Below, piece by piece: positions 16,765 to 29,500 of a stretch of 39,150 nt of DNA (the stretch's first letter is position 1; the number at the start of each line of letters is the position of its first letter). A program made the translations under genes and the position numbers. The notes below the pieces were generated by a model. The model saw nothing but the letters and a program-made list of their open reading frames with translations, was not told the origin of the DNA and made no database searches. The DNA comes from a virus. The stretch covers positions 1 through 39,150 of IMG/VR virus record IMGVR_UViG_3300021426_000003. One strand, 5' to 3'.

Positions 16765-19362
16765 TTAAATACTAACCTTAACATCGGCAGTCAATTTTTT
16801 AGTTACAAATGAACTATCAATATAAATAACTTTTCCATTTGTAGCCATTCCACTTGGAACTATTGATTGACCGTTCATATCTCTATATGTCCATTTATAT
16901 TCCCCAGTTGGTAAATCAGATGCGTCCGCATCTTTCCAAGCAGAACCATTATGTTTTCTTAGGGTAACAGTTCTATGAGTACTATCCAAAAGATAATAAT
17001 AATCGTTTTTCGAACCGCCAGAAGGGTCTGCCGTTAAAAACCTATCGGACTTTAATGCGTCAACTTCTTCACCAGTTCCAGTATCGGTAACTATAACATA
17101 TAACGCACCTACGCCTTGTTTGTTAACAATCTGATTTCCAATAGAAGAAAAGATTTGCGCTTGAATCGGGTCTAATTTATCAAGGAGAACATAGTACGCC
17201 TCATATGGTTTCGCACTATTATTATAATTACAAGTTACTTTGTACGATGCATACCCATGCACAGTAGAGTTATTAATTGTTAACGTACTTTCTCCTACAA
17301 CTGCTGGACTTGTGCCTTGCCCAGCAATAAGCCTATAACCACCCTGTGTTCCCTCTTCTGGGTCATACACATACCACTTCCAATCTGTAGCACTGGCGGT
17401 GACATCAGACGAACCATCCATTAATCTTCCATGCATTGTTATATCTTGCGATTCTCTACTCGTGAAAACATTTCCACCAATCGTATATACCTCAAACAGC
17501 TTTGCATTTGTGCCATTAGCACCAGCCGTACTTCTTGTCCATCTATAAGTATGTACAATATTCTTACCCTCACAGGAGAATGTAATTGACACAGTACCAG
17601 TAGGACTGGTAATAGTAGTATTAGCGCCAATTTCACAAGTAATATGACCAATATTGGTTGCAGTCGCATCAGTAATTTCAGCCGTTTTACCTAAAATTAA
17701 TACACTTCCAGCAACAGTACATGGAACTTGTGTTGTCCCTTTATATGCAACAAAAGGTATGTCAATCGGAACACTAGCTAACGTTTTATTATTAGAAGAA
17801 CAAGGTATTACATCTGCTTGATTACCAAGTATAACATTGATTGCGTCAGCGCCCTTGTTTCCATCTTTACCAGTAGCACCCTTTGCTCCATCAGATGTGA
17901 TAACAATTGTTTGTGTATCTAAAAGCGTAGTTGTGCCACCATTCGCATAAAGACTAACGGTCATATAACCATTATCTTTTGCCGATGCCATTTCACTTGA
18001 ATTAATTTCATGACTTGATTCATCTACGTTCCTTTTATAAATTTCATCATTTCCAGAAGTAATTACAATTCTTCCACTATATAAAGTTCTTTCCCCATTA
18101 CCCGTCTGTGAATATGCACGTACCCATAATGACGACGGGGTATATGTAATAGCACTTGTAGATTCAGTGCTTTCCGCATGTGCGTTTGTTGCATTTATTG
18201 CAACACCATCACATACCAATGAATATATTGTTGGGTCTTTACCATCAGCACCCTTCGCAACCTTTACAATAGAAAATGTTTTAATAATTTGAGCATATTG
18301 CTCTCTTTTATCTGTGCATGTAAAAGTAATAGAACGTGTGTCTCCAGTAATACCAGTAACTTCTACAGTGTCATTATTAGCAACAGTTTTTGATGCTGTA
18401 TATGTAATTCCAGATGCGCTTCCAGAACTGGGGGACAATTCAATAGTCCAGTTAGACGTATCAACCTTACCAGCGTTATAAATTATAATTTGGCTTTTTG
18501 CCTGTGAATAATCAATTGAGCCTGTAGTAGGTACTGCTACCATCTGGTCTTCGTTTGTTAAAACAGCAGTAATAGTGTCAGTTCCCTTTGCACCATCTTT
18601 TAATTTAACAATGGTATGCAAATCAAAAACGTTTTCATCGGTTGTGGTTAATCTTATATTTAATACACCATCTTGTGTAAACATTGCGCTATGCGTTGTT
18701 TCATTAACCACAAAAGTGGATGTGTTTGAAGAATTTGGAAATTTTGTCCAAGCCCCAGTTGAAGGGTTTTTATATTGCCATTCTGATAAATCAACGCCAC
18801 TATACATAGCTGTTAAGGCGATATCAGCAGAGCTAACCAATTTTTGGTCTGAATCGTATTTATAAACTGTATCACCAACAATACTACATGTTTTGGTAGT
18901 AGCCTCTAATTTGATAAGGCTGAATGTTATTTGTCCTTCTGCCGTTAACGCAACATTAACATAAGGGTCTTTGTATGTTACAGTGACAATATATGTAATC
19001 ATTGCAGGACATGTAGGAGATGTTGCATCAAATTGATTTTGATTTACAATCAGATTACCACTACTTACAGTTTCTCCAGATTTGAGATTTGTTATATTTC
19101 CAATACCCTCACGCCTTTTCCAAACAATGCTATTATTAGGGTCATCAAGAATATCTGAGGGTACAAGAACCGTGTTATTATAATAAATTTTAGGTTCTAA
19201 TATTAAATTATTTGAACCCCAATTAGGTGTATACGTTCCTCCCGTTCCTGTGTTGGGGTCATACACAATCGAAAGTGGTAAATTACTTGTAGGATAAACT
19301 GATAACGAACCAGCATCTGTAATATCCACAATCGTTATTGAACCATATGTTGTCTGAGCCAT
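16765..19362 (-). CDS. Baseplate / tail structural protein (beta-rich Ig-like modules)
   Basis: ORF track 16765..19383; the ATG at 19362 (MAQTTYGSITIVDITD) has an AAAGGA SD. Thr/Gly-rich with short GxxG linkers; located after the Tal-like gene. Confidence 0.65.
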   Translation of the reverse strand: MAQTTYGSITIVDITDAGSLSVYPTSNLPLSIVYDPNTGTGGTYTPNWGSNNLILEPKIYYNNTVLVPSDILDDPNNSIVWKRREGIGNITNLKSGETVSSGNLIVNQNQFDATSPTCPAMITYIVTVTYKDPYVNVALTAEGQITFSLIKLEATTKTCSIVGDTVYKYDSDQKLVSSADIALTAMYSGVDLSEWQYKNPSTGAWTKFPNSSNTSTFVVNETTHSAMFTQDGVLNIRLTTTDENVFDLHTIVKLKDGAKGTDTITAVLTNEDQMVAVPTTGSIDYSQAKSQIIIYNAGKVDTSNWTIELSPSSGSASGITYTASKTVANNDTVEVTGITGDTRSITFTCTDKREQYAQIIKTFSIVKVAKGADGKDPTIYSLVCDGVAINATNAHAESTESTSAITYTPSSLWVRAYSQTGNGERTLYSGRIVITSGNDEIYKRNVDESSHEINSSEMASAKDNGYMTVSLYANGGTTTLLDTQTIVITSDGAKGATGKDGNKGADAINVILGNQADVIPCSSNNKTLASVPIDIPFVAYKGTTQVPCTVAGSVLILGKTAEITDATATNIGHITCEIGANTTITSPTGTVSITFSCEGKNIVHTYRWTRSTAGANGTNAKLFEVYTIGGNVFTSRESQDITMHGRLMDGSSDVTASATDWKWYVYDPEEGTQGGYRLIAGQGTSPAVVGESTLTINNSTVHGYASYKVTCNYNNSAKPYEAYYVLLDKLDPIQAQIFSSIGNQIVNKQGVGALYVIVTDTGTGEEVDALKSDRFLTADPSGGSKNDYYYLLDSTHRTVTLRKHNGSAWKDADASDLPTGEYKWTYRDMNGQSIVPSGMATNGKVIYIDSSFVTKKLTADVKVSI

Positions 19363-19379
19363 ATATTTATTCCTTTCTA

Positions 19380-22300
19380 TCAAATAAGTGTAACTTCACA
19401 TTTAAAAATGCCTTTACTTTGAACATCAGCAGAAGAGAGTGTTATAGTCTTTGTGTTCTCTCTGCTCCAACTTTTATCTTCACGACCATTCATATCGTAT
19501 TTAATCCAATGATATGTAGAAACTTTATTTGAAATATCTTCATTTCCACGCCTGACATTGCAAGTTAATATAGTATTAATTCCACGATTTTTAAATATGT
19601 TTCCAGCACTAGAATCTATCTCGACAATAACTGGCATAGCATCTTCAACAGATTCATCAATTACATCATCCACATATTCAACAAGTGGTTTACCACCAAG
19701 GGTAATTGAATTTCCAGCTATCTTAACCTCGCCATCAGAATCTACATAGATATACTTTTCTACATATTTTCTACCTTCTTCATCTTCCTTCTCTTTTTGG
19801 ACAACAAACAGGTCGGTATTATCTTCTCCGTCTTTTGCGGTAATCTTTAGACCACCATCACCCATTTCAAATTTGCCAGATTCAGAAAATATTTTAAGAT
19901 TTTCGCCTAATAACAATTGACCAACAATCGTAGAAGCAATAATACCATAATCTTCTTTGGTTGTTTTTGTTTCAGGGTCATAATACATAAAATGACCAAG
20001 ACCAGCTTTTACCGTTTCCCAATCATCATTTGTATAATATATACCTTTATTTAAAAGCTTAATTTGTTCAGGACTATATTCATCATCAAAATCATTTTTA
20101 GCCCTCATTAAAGCACCTTGCGAATTTAATACAAAATTTTGTGTATCAACATCATTAATTATTTTATTTTGATTTAATATAAGTCCTTGTTTTTGAGTTT
20201 GTTGAATTGTTTGATTTGCTTTATTACCTTTTTCTGCCTGTCTCATCACAGCATTATAACTAGTTGCCATTGTACGAGCTTGAGATAGAAGACTGGCAAT
20301 GTCAGACATTGTATCTCCTGTATAAATTACATCAGAAAATTCCACATCTAATTCTTCTGGATTCTCATAATCAATTTCCCAATTAATTAATCTTAATTTA
20401 TAAACCTTATCATCAACTCTAACTCTTAACCAGTTACCACTATCAAACAAATCAATAAACCTTTTTAAAGCAGAAGATATCACACTTGGTTCATCACCTA
20501 CATTATGAACCTGACCATTACCATCTACATATAATCCTTCTCCAATATATTGAATTTGAGAAGTATCGTCAGTTATTAATATTCTTCTAAATTCAGGAAT
20601 TAAAAACAAATTATATAAAGAACAACTAATAGAATGTTGAATAGTAGAAGCTTTGATAATTTCTTTTTGTGCTCTTTTAAAATATTCTTGAGCTTTTTCT
20701 ATTACTTCACTATCGGTTAAACCATCAGATATAAAATTAGTATTTGAATATTCCGTTTCTCTTCTATATAGCATTAATTCAGAATATAATTTATCACCAA
20801 AATAATTTCGCATATCAAGAGTATTAATTATATCTTCTCGAATAAAATCTATATCTTCAATAATTTGTTCAACAATTCTAATTTCTTCTTCTCTAACAGT
20901 TTCTTCTTCCATAATCAATTTTCGTTTTTTCCAATAAGGATGATAAAATTCTTCATAATATGGACTATCTGCCGTGCCTTGATTTGCATCAGCTAAAATA
21001 TCCATAGTGGCTGAACACAAATCATCAAGAAGACTTAATGCATCTAAAGAATATTTTTTGAGTCTTGGTTTAAATATAGTTTCTAATTCTTCATCTGTAT
21101 AATCTTCTTGAAGAAAAGATACATCACCTATATCTTCAACTTTATGTTCTTCCATCATTTTCTGAATTTTTTGTTTTAAAAACTGAGCACCGTCATTATT
21201 AAACTCAATACTTAGAATTGTACTTGCTGTATCCTCATCATCAGTTAAAGAAGTTACTGTTATAGTTCCTGACCAAATATTATTTTCATATGTTGAATCA
21301 TTTGTTTCAATTTTATATCTTGAACTATCTACATAAACTTTAGCGTATGTTTGTACAGCTGTATTAGCAGCTGTTAAAGATAGAGCAGAAGAGTCTTCTG
21401 TTCCAATTGGAGACATAGATTCAACAGTTAATTTTTCTATTTGTTCTTGTGCTGTTGTTTCAACAACTTCGCCAGAAGCTGGCATCATAATTGTTTGCAA
21501 GCAATCTTTAAAATTAACTGCATTATAATCATAATTAGTTAATTCTCCATACCCTTTAACTATAGCATCCATCACTGGAATAGCTTCTTTAATATAATTT
21601 TGATATTTATTAACTAATTTATTATATTCTTCTACATTATTTGCTGGAAGAAATATATCATAATCTTTTAAATAACTATCATATAAAGTTTCGTATTCAT
21701 TTAATTTTTCCACTAATTCATCTGACATGTCTTCTTTCATTTCATCAGAAAAATAAGAAAGATAATTAGAACCATTTGGATTACAGTTTCTAATAGCTGC
21801 CTCCATGTATTCATCACCAGCACCCATCTTAAAAAAATTCTTAACTTGGTCTGTATTAGATGAAAATGAAATAGATTCTGTTAAATTTTCTGCATTAACA
21901 AAAATCCCAGTATCTTTACCATAACCATATTTAATCTTTTTACTTCCACAATTAGTGCAAACGCCTTGTGTATAATTTCCACGTTCTTTACAATCTTCGC
22001 AATAATCCATTAAATCATAAGCAGATAATGTCCTATGAAATATATTATCATCAAGATTATTCGGTGCTTCACCAAATATAAATAAACATCCAACTTCCTG
22101 AGCAATCGTTTGTCTTAATGCATCAGCTATAGAAGTGCCATTAAAACTAAATTCTCTTTGAATGTTTTTTAAAGTGTCGTCTACATGGACAATAGAATAG
22201 TGCGATGCCTTATCAGATAATATACGATGTAACAAAGAAGCTTTAGGATGTTCAGGATTAAAAAATACAGTCCCATATTCCTTCCCACCTATAGTAATTA

Positions 22301-22721
22301 TTTCATAATCATCTCTGGCTATATCATTCTCTGTATTAATTTCAACATCATATAGCATTAATTGTCCAAGTTCAGCTTCATTAGCATGAATACCTGTAAC
22401 ATGTTTTATAGTATCATTGCTTTCATCTATATTTACGGTAATTTCATACCATCTAAACCTACGGTCTGCAACAGTTGGTAAAAATATAAGTTTAAAATCT
22501 TTTATAAAATCCCAATAAATATTTTTTGTACCATTTACTTCCTTATAAATATCAAAGCTTATTTCACCAGCATCTCCCATAGGATGGTTGCATTTTAAAT
22601 TTTTTATATTATTAATAACTCCAATCTTTCTACCAGAACGAGTACATAATACAATAATTGGAGTTAATATATTCTTATCAATATCAGTTTCTATTTTTCC
22701 ATTATATCTATAATCCATCAT
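19380..22721 (-). CDS. Tal-like baseplate hub / tail spike protein
   Basis: 1113 aa, second gene after the TMP (TMP-Dit-Tal synteny). C-terminal hub-like segment (GNWLRVRVDDKVYKLRLINWEIDYENPEELDVEFSD); internal CxxC...CxxC. Confidence 0.65.
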   Translation of the reverse strand: MMDYRYNGKIETDIDKNILTPIIVLCTRSGRKIGVINNIKNLKCNHPMGDAGEISFDIYKEVNGTKNIYWDFIKDFKLIFLPTVADRRFRWYEITVNIDESNDTIKHVTGIHANEAELGQLMLYDVEINTENDIARDDYEIITIGGKEYGTVFFNPEHPKASLLHRILSDKASHYSIVHVDDTLKNIQREFSFNGTSIADALRQTIAQEVGCLFIFGEAPNNLDDNIFHRTLSAYDLMDYCEDCKERGNYTQGVCTNCGSKKIKYGYGKDTGIFVNAENLTESISFSSNTDQVKNFFKMGAGDEYMEAAIRNCNPNGSNYLSYFSDEMKEDMSDELVEKLNEYETLYDSYLKDYDIFLPANNVEEYNKLVNKYQNYIKEAIPVMDAIVKGYGELTNYDYNAVNFKDCLQTIMMPASGEVVETTAQEQIEKLTVESMSPIGTEDSSALSLTAANTAVQTYAKVYVDSSRYKIETNDSTYENNIWSGTITVTSLTDDEDTASTILSIEFNNDGAQFLKQKIQKMMEEHKVEDIGDVSFLQEDYTDEELETIFKPRLKKYSLDALSLLDDLCSATMDILADANQGTADSPYYEEFYHPYWKKRKLIMEEETVREEEIRIVEQIIEDIDFIREDIINTLDMRNYFGDKLYSELMLYRRETEYSNTNFISDGLTDSEVIEKAQEYFKRAQKEIIKASTIQHSISCSLYNLFLIPEFRRILITDDTSQIQYIGEGLYVDGNGQVHNVGDEPSVISSALKRFIDLFDSGNWLRVRVDDKVYKLRLINWEIDYENPEELDVEFSDVIYTGDTMSDIASLLSQARTMATSYNAVMRQAEKGNKANQTIQQTQKQGLILNQNKIINDVDTQNFVLNSQGALMRAKNDFDDEYSPEQIKLLNKGIYYTNDDWETVKAGLGHFMYYDPETKTTKEDYGIIASTIVGQLLLGENLKIFSESGKFEMGDGGLKITAKDGEDNTDLFVVQKEKEDEEGRKYVEKYIYVDSDGEVKIAGNSITLGGKPLVEYVDDVIDESVEDAMPVIVEIDSSAGNIFKNRGINTILTCNVRRGNEDISNKVSTYHWIKYDMNGREDKSWSRENTKTITLSSADVQSKGIFKCEVTLI

Positions 22722-23548
22722 GAGAAAGTCACCTTCCTTACAGGATTATAAGTAATCTTACAATCACAATTTAAATTCGATTTAAATTTATTAATCGTGT
22801 TTCCATACATATTATATATTTTAGGAAAGACCCAATTAAAATTATTATAAATATCATGGGACTCAATAGAAGAGGACACTTGCATTAATTTATCAAATGT
22901 AATTATTTCACCACTAACACACCCTTTAATTTCAGTTGTTGTTTCAACATCATTAAAAGTATTTGTAAGTTTTAAATCTCCACCTTCTTTTAATTCTATA
23001 ACAACCGTTGGAATAATACTTCCCTCATCGTATGAAAAATCTGCTAAAACCAATTCAGCGTTCCCACCTAATTCTTTTTCATATAAAGTTTCATTCCCAA
23101 TTGCATAAGGACGATTTGAAATAAAAGTGGCGTTAAATCCAATTGTATCTTCACCTATTTTTACCCATTGAATATTAAAAGAACCTTCCCAATATACATC
23201 TGCATATTCTAAATCATCTAATATTTTAAATTTATGAGAAGTAGGACGATTGAGCCAATACTGTATATCTTCAATTTCTTGAATCGTAAAATATGGATTA
23301 TCCATATTATCTTCACAATAATTCTTGCCAATAGAAAATTCTACTTCCAATCTATCTTCAAAAACACTGGTAATAAAAGGTTGATATCTTCCACCAAATA
23401 AAGATATTGAATTATAAGTTCTTTGTGAATCTGTTTCAATATCACTGTCTTGAACACCATCAAAACTAATAATAGCCAATCCTTTATCGCTTAAAGCTAT
23501 GCCATCATATTCAAAGTCTCTAAATCTCACTCTCATCCCTCCTCTCAT
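22718..23548 (-). CDS. Distal tail (Dit)-like protein
   Basis: 276 aa directly after the TMP; DFEYDG N-terminus, F.SNRPYA and FNWVFPKI motifs. The true start may be GTG at 23530, 7 nt after GGAGG. Confidence 0.7.
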   Translation of the reverse strand: MRGGMRVRFRDFEYDGIALSDKGLAIISFDGVQDSDIETDSQRTYNSISLFGGRYQPFITSVFEDRLEVEFSIGKNYCEDNMDNPYFTIQEIEDIQYWLNRPTSHKFKILDDLEYADVYWEGSFNIQWVKIGEDTIGFNATFISNRPYAIGNETLYEKELGGNAELVLADFSYDEGSIIPTVVIELKEGGDLKLTNTFNDVETTTEIKGCVSGEIITFDKLMQVSSSIESHDIYNNFNWVFPKIYNMYGNTINKFKSNLNCDCKITYNPVRKVTFS

Positions 23549-23559
23549 TTAAAATGAAT

Positions 23560-23589
23560 TCACCCTATTCCTTTTACAGAATAGGGTGA
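23560..23589 (-). terminator. Hairpin / possible terminator after the TMP gene
   Basis: TCACCCTATTC-8 nt-GAATAGGGTGA perfect 11-bp stem; only a weak U tract (ATTCATTTT) follows on the minus strand. Confidence 0.5.
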
Positions 23590-23593
23590 TATA

Positions 23594-26500
23594 TTAACGT
23601 ATAACATAACTATACTTTTTATAATTATTATTACCATTAGCTTGACCTAATGTAATCTCTTGAACCCATTTTTCCAGCTTTTTATTATTCATTAAATCAT
23701 TTACAAATTTATTTGCATCTTGAACACCATTAGCGATAAATTGCATATTCACAACAGGTGGTTGATTATTAGAATTATTATTATTACTTTGAATGACTTT
23801 TATATCAGGTGCAGTATATTGTTTAAGATATTTAGCTGGATCAGTTAATGCCTGATACATATTTTTCATGGCATTATTAGGAATCACAGAATCACCTTTA
23901 CTCAAAGGAGTGAGAATAGCACCATCTGATTTCCTGATAATTGCTTCAGGTTTATTACCTTCATTTGTCCAATAAAGGTCATCACGAGAAACACCTTTAG
24001 TACCAGATTTATAACCTTTCCATTTACCATCTGTATCAAATGTGAGCCATCCCCTGTTTGTTTTCTTTTTACCATTAGCAACCATAAAGCCGTTTGCATC
24101 AAGATAATAATCACCTTTAACAGGTTTTACGGTTACTGTACCTTTATGAATCCACTGATTTTTAATCATCTTTTTTGTTTTAGGGTCAAAGAAATTCCAT
24201 TGCCCAGATTTTCTTTTATACCAGCCACTTGAAGCTTTACCATCAGCTCCAAAATGATACAAACCATCTCCAACCTGTCTCCAGTCATTCACAATCATAG
24301 CTCCAGTTTTACCATCAAAATAATACTTAGCGCCATTAATAGTTTGAAGACCTTTTTGATTAACACCATTTTTATCAAAATAAAACTTTCTATTATTAAT
24401 AGTCTGAAGACCAGTAGACATCTTACCATTAGCTCCAAAATGATACAAATCTTTACCTACTTGTCTCCAGTTATTAGTAACCATACCATTTTTGTCAAAA
24501 TAATATTTAGTACCATTAATAGTCTGAAGACCTTTTTGGTTAACACCAGCATTATCAAAATAGAATTTTTTACCATTAATAGTTTGAAGTCCTTTTAGCA
24601 TTTCGCCATTTTGATTGAAATAATATAATTTACCACCAACATTTCTCCAAGTATTAGTAGCCCTAGAACCATCACTATCTAAATGGTATGTCTTTCCACC
24701 AATATTGATAAACTGAGAACCAGACATTTGTTCACCGTTATTAAAACGATATGTCTTACCATTCTTAGCAGCCCAACCTGTATATTTTTCATCAAGTGTA
24801 CCATCGTCTCTGAAATAACCATTCTTAGTTTTTCCGTTTGCATCAGTATAAGATTGGATATGAGTACCACTTTCCTTAACTTTATCAGCCATAATTCTAT
24901 TTTTAGCTCCTTGTTCAGAAGCATTTTGAGCTGATAAGAAATATTTAACAATAGTATCAACACCCTCAGCAATACTAGTCACAGCAGGATTTTCAAAACT
25001 ACCATTAAAATAACTAACTAAATTATTAGACATTGTATCAATAGCAGCTTTTAATGTATCAGAAGGAGTATAACCATAAGAATTCGCTACATCATTAATG
25101 GTATCTTTAATTACATTCTTATTTTCGTTTGTAGCATTAATTACTTCTCTAACAATTCCTTCAATGTTTTTAAGTTTATTTTCTAAGAATTCTTCAAACT
25201 TTTCTTCAAAGTCTCCAAGCATATCCTTAGTTTCAGACAAACGTCTGTCTTCTTGAGTCTCTTGAAGGTCTTGTCTCTTTTCATTAATTTGGTCTCTTAA
25301 CTGCTGACGTTTAGTAGCACCTTCTTCAGAATTATCATTTTGAATTGCTCTATATTGCTTTTCAAGTTTATTAATTTCTTTTTGTTGGTCAGCTACTTTT
25401 TTAGCATAATCAGTTTGGTCTTTTTGAGTTTCTAATAAATCTTCATAATCTTCAATTAGTTTCTTTACATAATCAATCTGTTTTTTAATACCATCTTCAG
25501 TTAAATCGACCATAGATTCTTTCATCTTTTTGGCATTAGCAGATGCATCTTGTTGAGCTTCTTTAAGCTCTTTTAATTTATCTACAAGATTCTGATCATA
25601 TTTATTTTCAGCTTTTGCCATCTGACGATTAACTTCATTAATTTCAGATTGATAACGTTGAACTTCTCTGAAATATGTATCATATTCTTGAGCAAGCAGT
25701 GCAAATCCAGTAATACCTTGATTAGTAATAGTACCTTGCTCATCAAACATTTCATCTTCATTGAGCAAATCATAGAAAAACTCTAATTCATTAACAACTC
25801 CACCAATAGCATCATGAACTTTTTCCCATCTGTCATAATTAATATCTCTAATATTATTTGCAAAAGTGATGAGATTTGTATTTGCTTCAGCAATAGATTC
25901 ACTGACTTCGTTGATAGACTGTTGCATCTCATACCAAGCTTCAGACCCTTTAGTAATTTTACCTGAATTAACAGCTCTATCTCTTAATCTGATTAAACTA
26001 TTATATTCATCTGTTAATTGAACAAGACGTTTTCTCTCTAGTGCAATTTGTTGAGTAACGTTGGTTACTGAACCAAGTCTACCAGCTTCTGACAATTGGT
26101 CATTATAAGCATCAATTAAATCAATACTATGTTGAGTATTAGCTATAACCTCTTCATAATAACTTTGTTGATTATCAAAAAGTTGCTTATATAATTCACC
26201 TTCTTTTTCTCTAAGGTCAATAACAGCATCCTTTGCGGCTAAGGCTTTTTCATAATAAGTCTTATATTCGTTTATTTTATCCCATAAATCAGAATCTTTT
26301 ACATCTTCAATTCTAAACGCACCATTTTGAACTTTAGTTCTCCAACCAGCAGATAAACCAACAGAATTAGCCTTTTTAATATATGTAGTATAAGCTTTTT
26401 CTTGGTCTTTAATTTCAGTAGACACATTCTTTAAATTAGAAGCAATAGCGTTGTTGCGTTTTGCCCATGCAGAATATGTACTGCTGATGGTTTTATCAAG

Positions 26501-29500
26501 ATTAGAAATTTGACGCTCAATACGAGCAATAAGGATTTCAACTTCATCTAATGTGTTCTTAGTTTCTTTAGCATCTTTGGAAGAAGAATTACCTCCACCA
26601 GACCTACCAGAACCACCGCCTGAAGATCTGCCAGAACCACCGCTTGATTTTTTAGAACTAGACTTTTTATTGCTACTAGTAGAAACTCTGGCTCTAGTAG
26701 CTCCATTTCTAGAACCACTAGAATAAGCAGTACCATTGGCAAATCCAACTAAATGTCCACGACCTTTATTAGAAGTGACATAACCATTTTCTAATAATTC
26801 TTTCGCCTGCTCGTGGTTGAAAACAATATCTCCACGCTTAAGATTAACAAATTCAGCACCATCATCACCAACAGTAAACCAATTACCATCACGAACAACT
26901 ATTTCTGTTCCCAGCTCTCCTGTAAGAGCAGTTTGATTTTTAGGAAGACCCCAATTACCACCAGCATAAGCAGAACCTCTAGAAAATGCAGTACCATATG
27001 CATGAGCTGTACCATTGGCTGCTGGTATTTTTGTGGTTTTTTCAAAGGTTTCAATGGTTAATGACTTATAAGTGGTCATATTGTTTAATTTATTATCAAT
27101 AGTATTAAGCTTATCTATAGCATTACCACCAAGATTAGCGTATCCCCACCAAGTAGTACCGTTATAATCTTCTCCCTTGCTTATTAAAGTATTAACAGCA
27201 TTCATTCCTTGAGAATTGTCACCATTGAATTTAGCTTCTGCTGGATTTTCTTCTATTTCCTGCTTTCCTTGTAAAATTTCTTCTTGCTTTTGTTTTGCTA
27301 GTTCAGTATTAGCATCTACATCAACAACTATATCCTTACCATCCATAGCATTCATGCGTTCTTCATCTGCTGCTAATTTTTGGTTATAAGCTTCGTCATT
27401 GATATCCATTGTAGTAGAAGAGTAATTCTCTTCTTTATTAATTTCGGTCTTAATATGAGTTTCATCTTTATTAACAGAAACACTTGTATCTTCAGCCGCT
27501 TTGTCTATATCTTTTTCTAACTCTTCAGTATCTCCATGTAATAATACATCAACATCTCTTTCTCCCGATTCAAGCATTTCAAATATTTCTGCTGATGTTT
27601 TTTGAGGGTCAATATTTAAACTTCCTAATATGTCAAGAGTTCCTTCTTCATAAATAATAGATAAAAGTTGTTTTACTTTTTCATCTTCAGAAAAATTAAA
27701 CTTAATATTATGTTCTTTTTCGAGTTCTTTAGCATTAGCCAAGTATTGTTCTAATTCATCTTTGGCATTTTTAACATCGTTAAAAGCCTCAACAGTATTA
27801 CCTTTAAACTCTGGGTCTGCTTCATAATTATCAATTATATTTAATTGGTCAATAGCGTCATAAAGAATATTTAAGAATGATTCGGCAGTAGAAGTATCTA
27901 TTGCACCAGAATCTTTCAATCCTTCAATATATTCTTTAGCTTTTTCTAATCCTTGTGCATCAGTAATAGAATCCCAATTATATTCTGACAATTCTTTTGG
28001 AAGATTTCCTACATCTTCAACTAATTGTTTTATTGAATCAGTTGCCTTTTCAGCTACTTTTATTTTTAAATCTATATCACCTTTATCAGCAGCTTCTCTT
28101 TCAAGAGCAACTAAATAAGCTAACATATCTTGAGCATTTTCAATTAAATCCGTTTTAACATCAGGAGCTAATTCATCACTATTTTGGATTTTCTGAATAT
28201 AATCATAAACATCACTAACATGTCCACTTAATACGTCATATGCTTCATCAGATTTTAAGAACTCTTCATCAAATTTACTAAAATCAATATTATTAAATCC
28301 ATCAAGTTCTTCTTGAGCTGCTACAGCCTTATCTTTTAATTCATTCATCGCCCACATAGGCTGGTCAAGATTTAATTCAAAACCTGCACTAACAGCGGCA
28401 CGAAGCATAGATTGGAAAAATTCAACATCTATTCCTAAAGCTTCAGCGGCTTCTCTATCTCTACCAAGTCCAAAATCATATGTGCCATCATCTTTAATCC
28501 ATTTTTCATTATCTTCAAGCCCACGCTGTTCTTGTTTTTCTTTAAGAGCATCAAAGAAATTAAAAATACCATTAGATGTTAATTTACCGCTGTCATCAAA
28601 TTGGAAGAAATCATGAATTGAAAATGAAGTGCCCTCAATTTTTTCATCGAGTTTATCAAACATTTCAGCACATTCTTCACCACTTGCGGTAAATGCATCA
28701 AATGATTCTCCATAAATCAAATCAAGATAACTTCTAACAGTATCATCACCACTCCAACCACGGTCAATCAAATCTTTAACCGTATCATAACCAGCGGCAA
28801 TTTTATCATACATATCATACTCATTACCATTTGACTGAGCATTAATCCATGTCTGATAAGCAGAAGTAGAAGCTTGATATGCCATCATCAAATCTTGAGT
28901 ATCTTGTATTCTTTGTAAAATATCTTTTCGTCGAGATAAAAGACCAGAAGTATCTTGCCCTTGACTACTCATTGAAACAATTTCATCATTACAACGTTTA
29001 AGGGCATCATATTGAGCATCTAATGTATTTTGGAATTCAGTATTCATTAATGCCTTTTGTTTATCAGTTAATGTTTGAAGATTTTCAGCATTAATATGAT
29101 AACCATTTGCACTTCTTTCAAGAGCATAAACATAATCATCTCCAAACATCTCTTTAAAAGCATCAATATTTTGAGTGGAAATACCAGCACCAGAAGAAGA
29201 TTCAGATAATACTGTATTTAATTTAGATACATTTTCAATTGCAGTAGCAACTTCTTGAGAAAACTGATTATAAGCATCACTAGCAGAAAGAGCAGCATCT
29301 TCGACACCACCATAAATGATTTCATTATCAACTAACATATCAATCATAGCGCTTGCATCATCCATGGTGTATCCTAATGCATTCATTAAATCTTCTAAAG
29401 CATATCTATAAACCTGACTTCCATTCGCACTATCATCAAAAGCCTGTTCAGCATCAACTCTATCTATATCTAAATCTATAACCCTTTTTAAAGCTTGATA

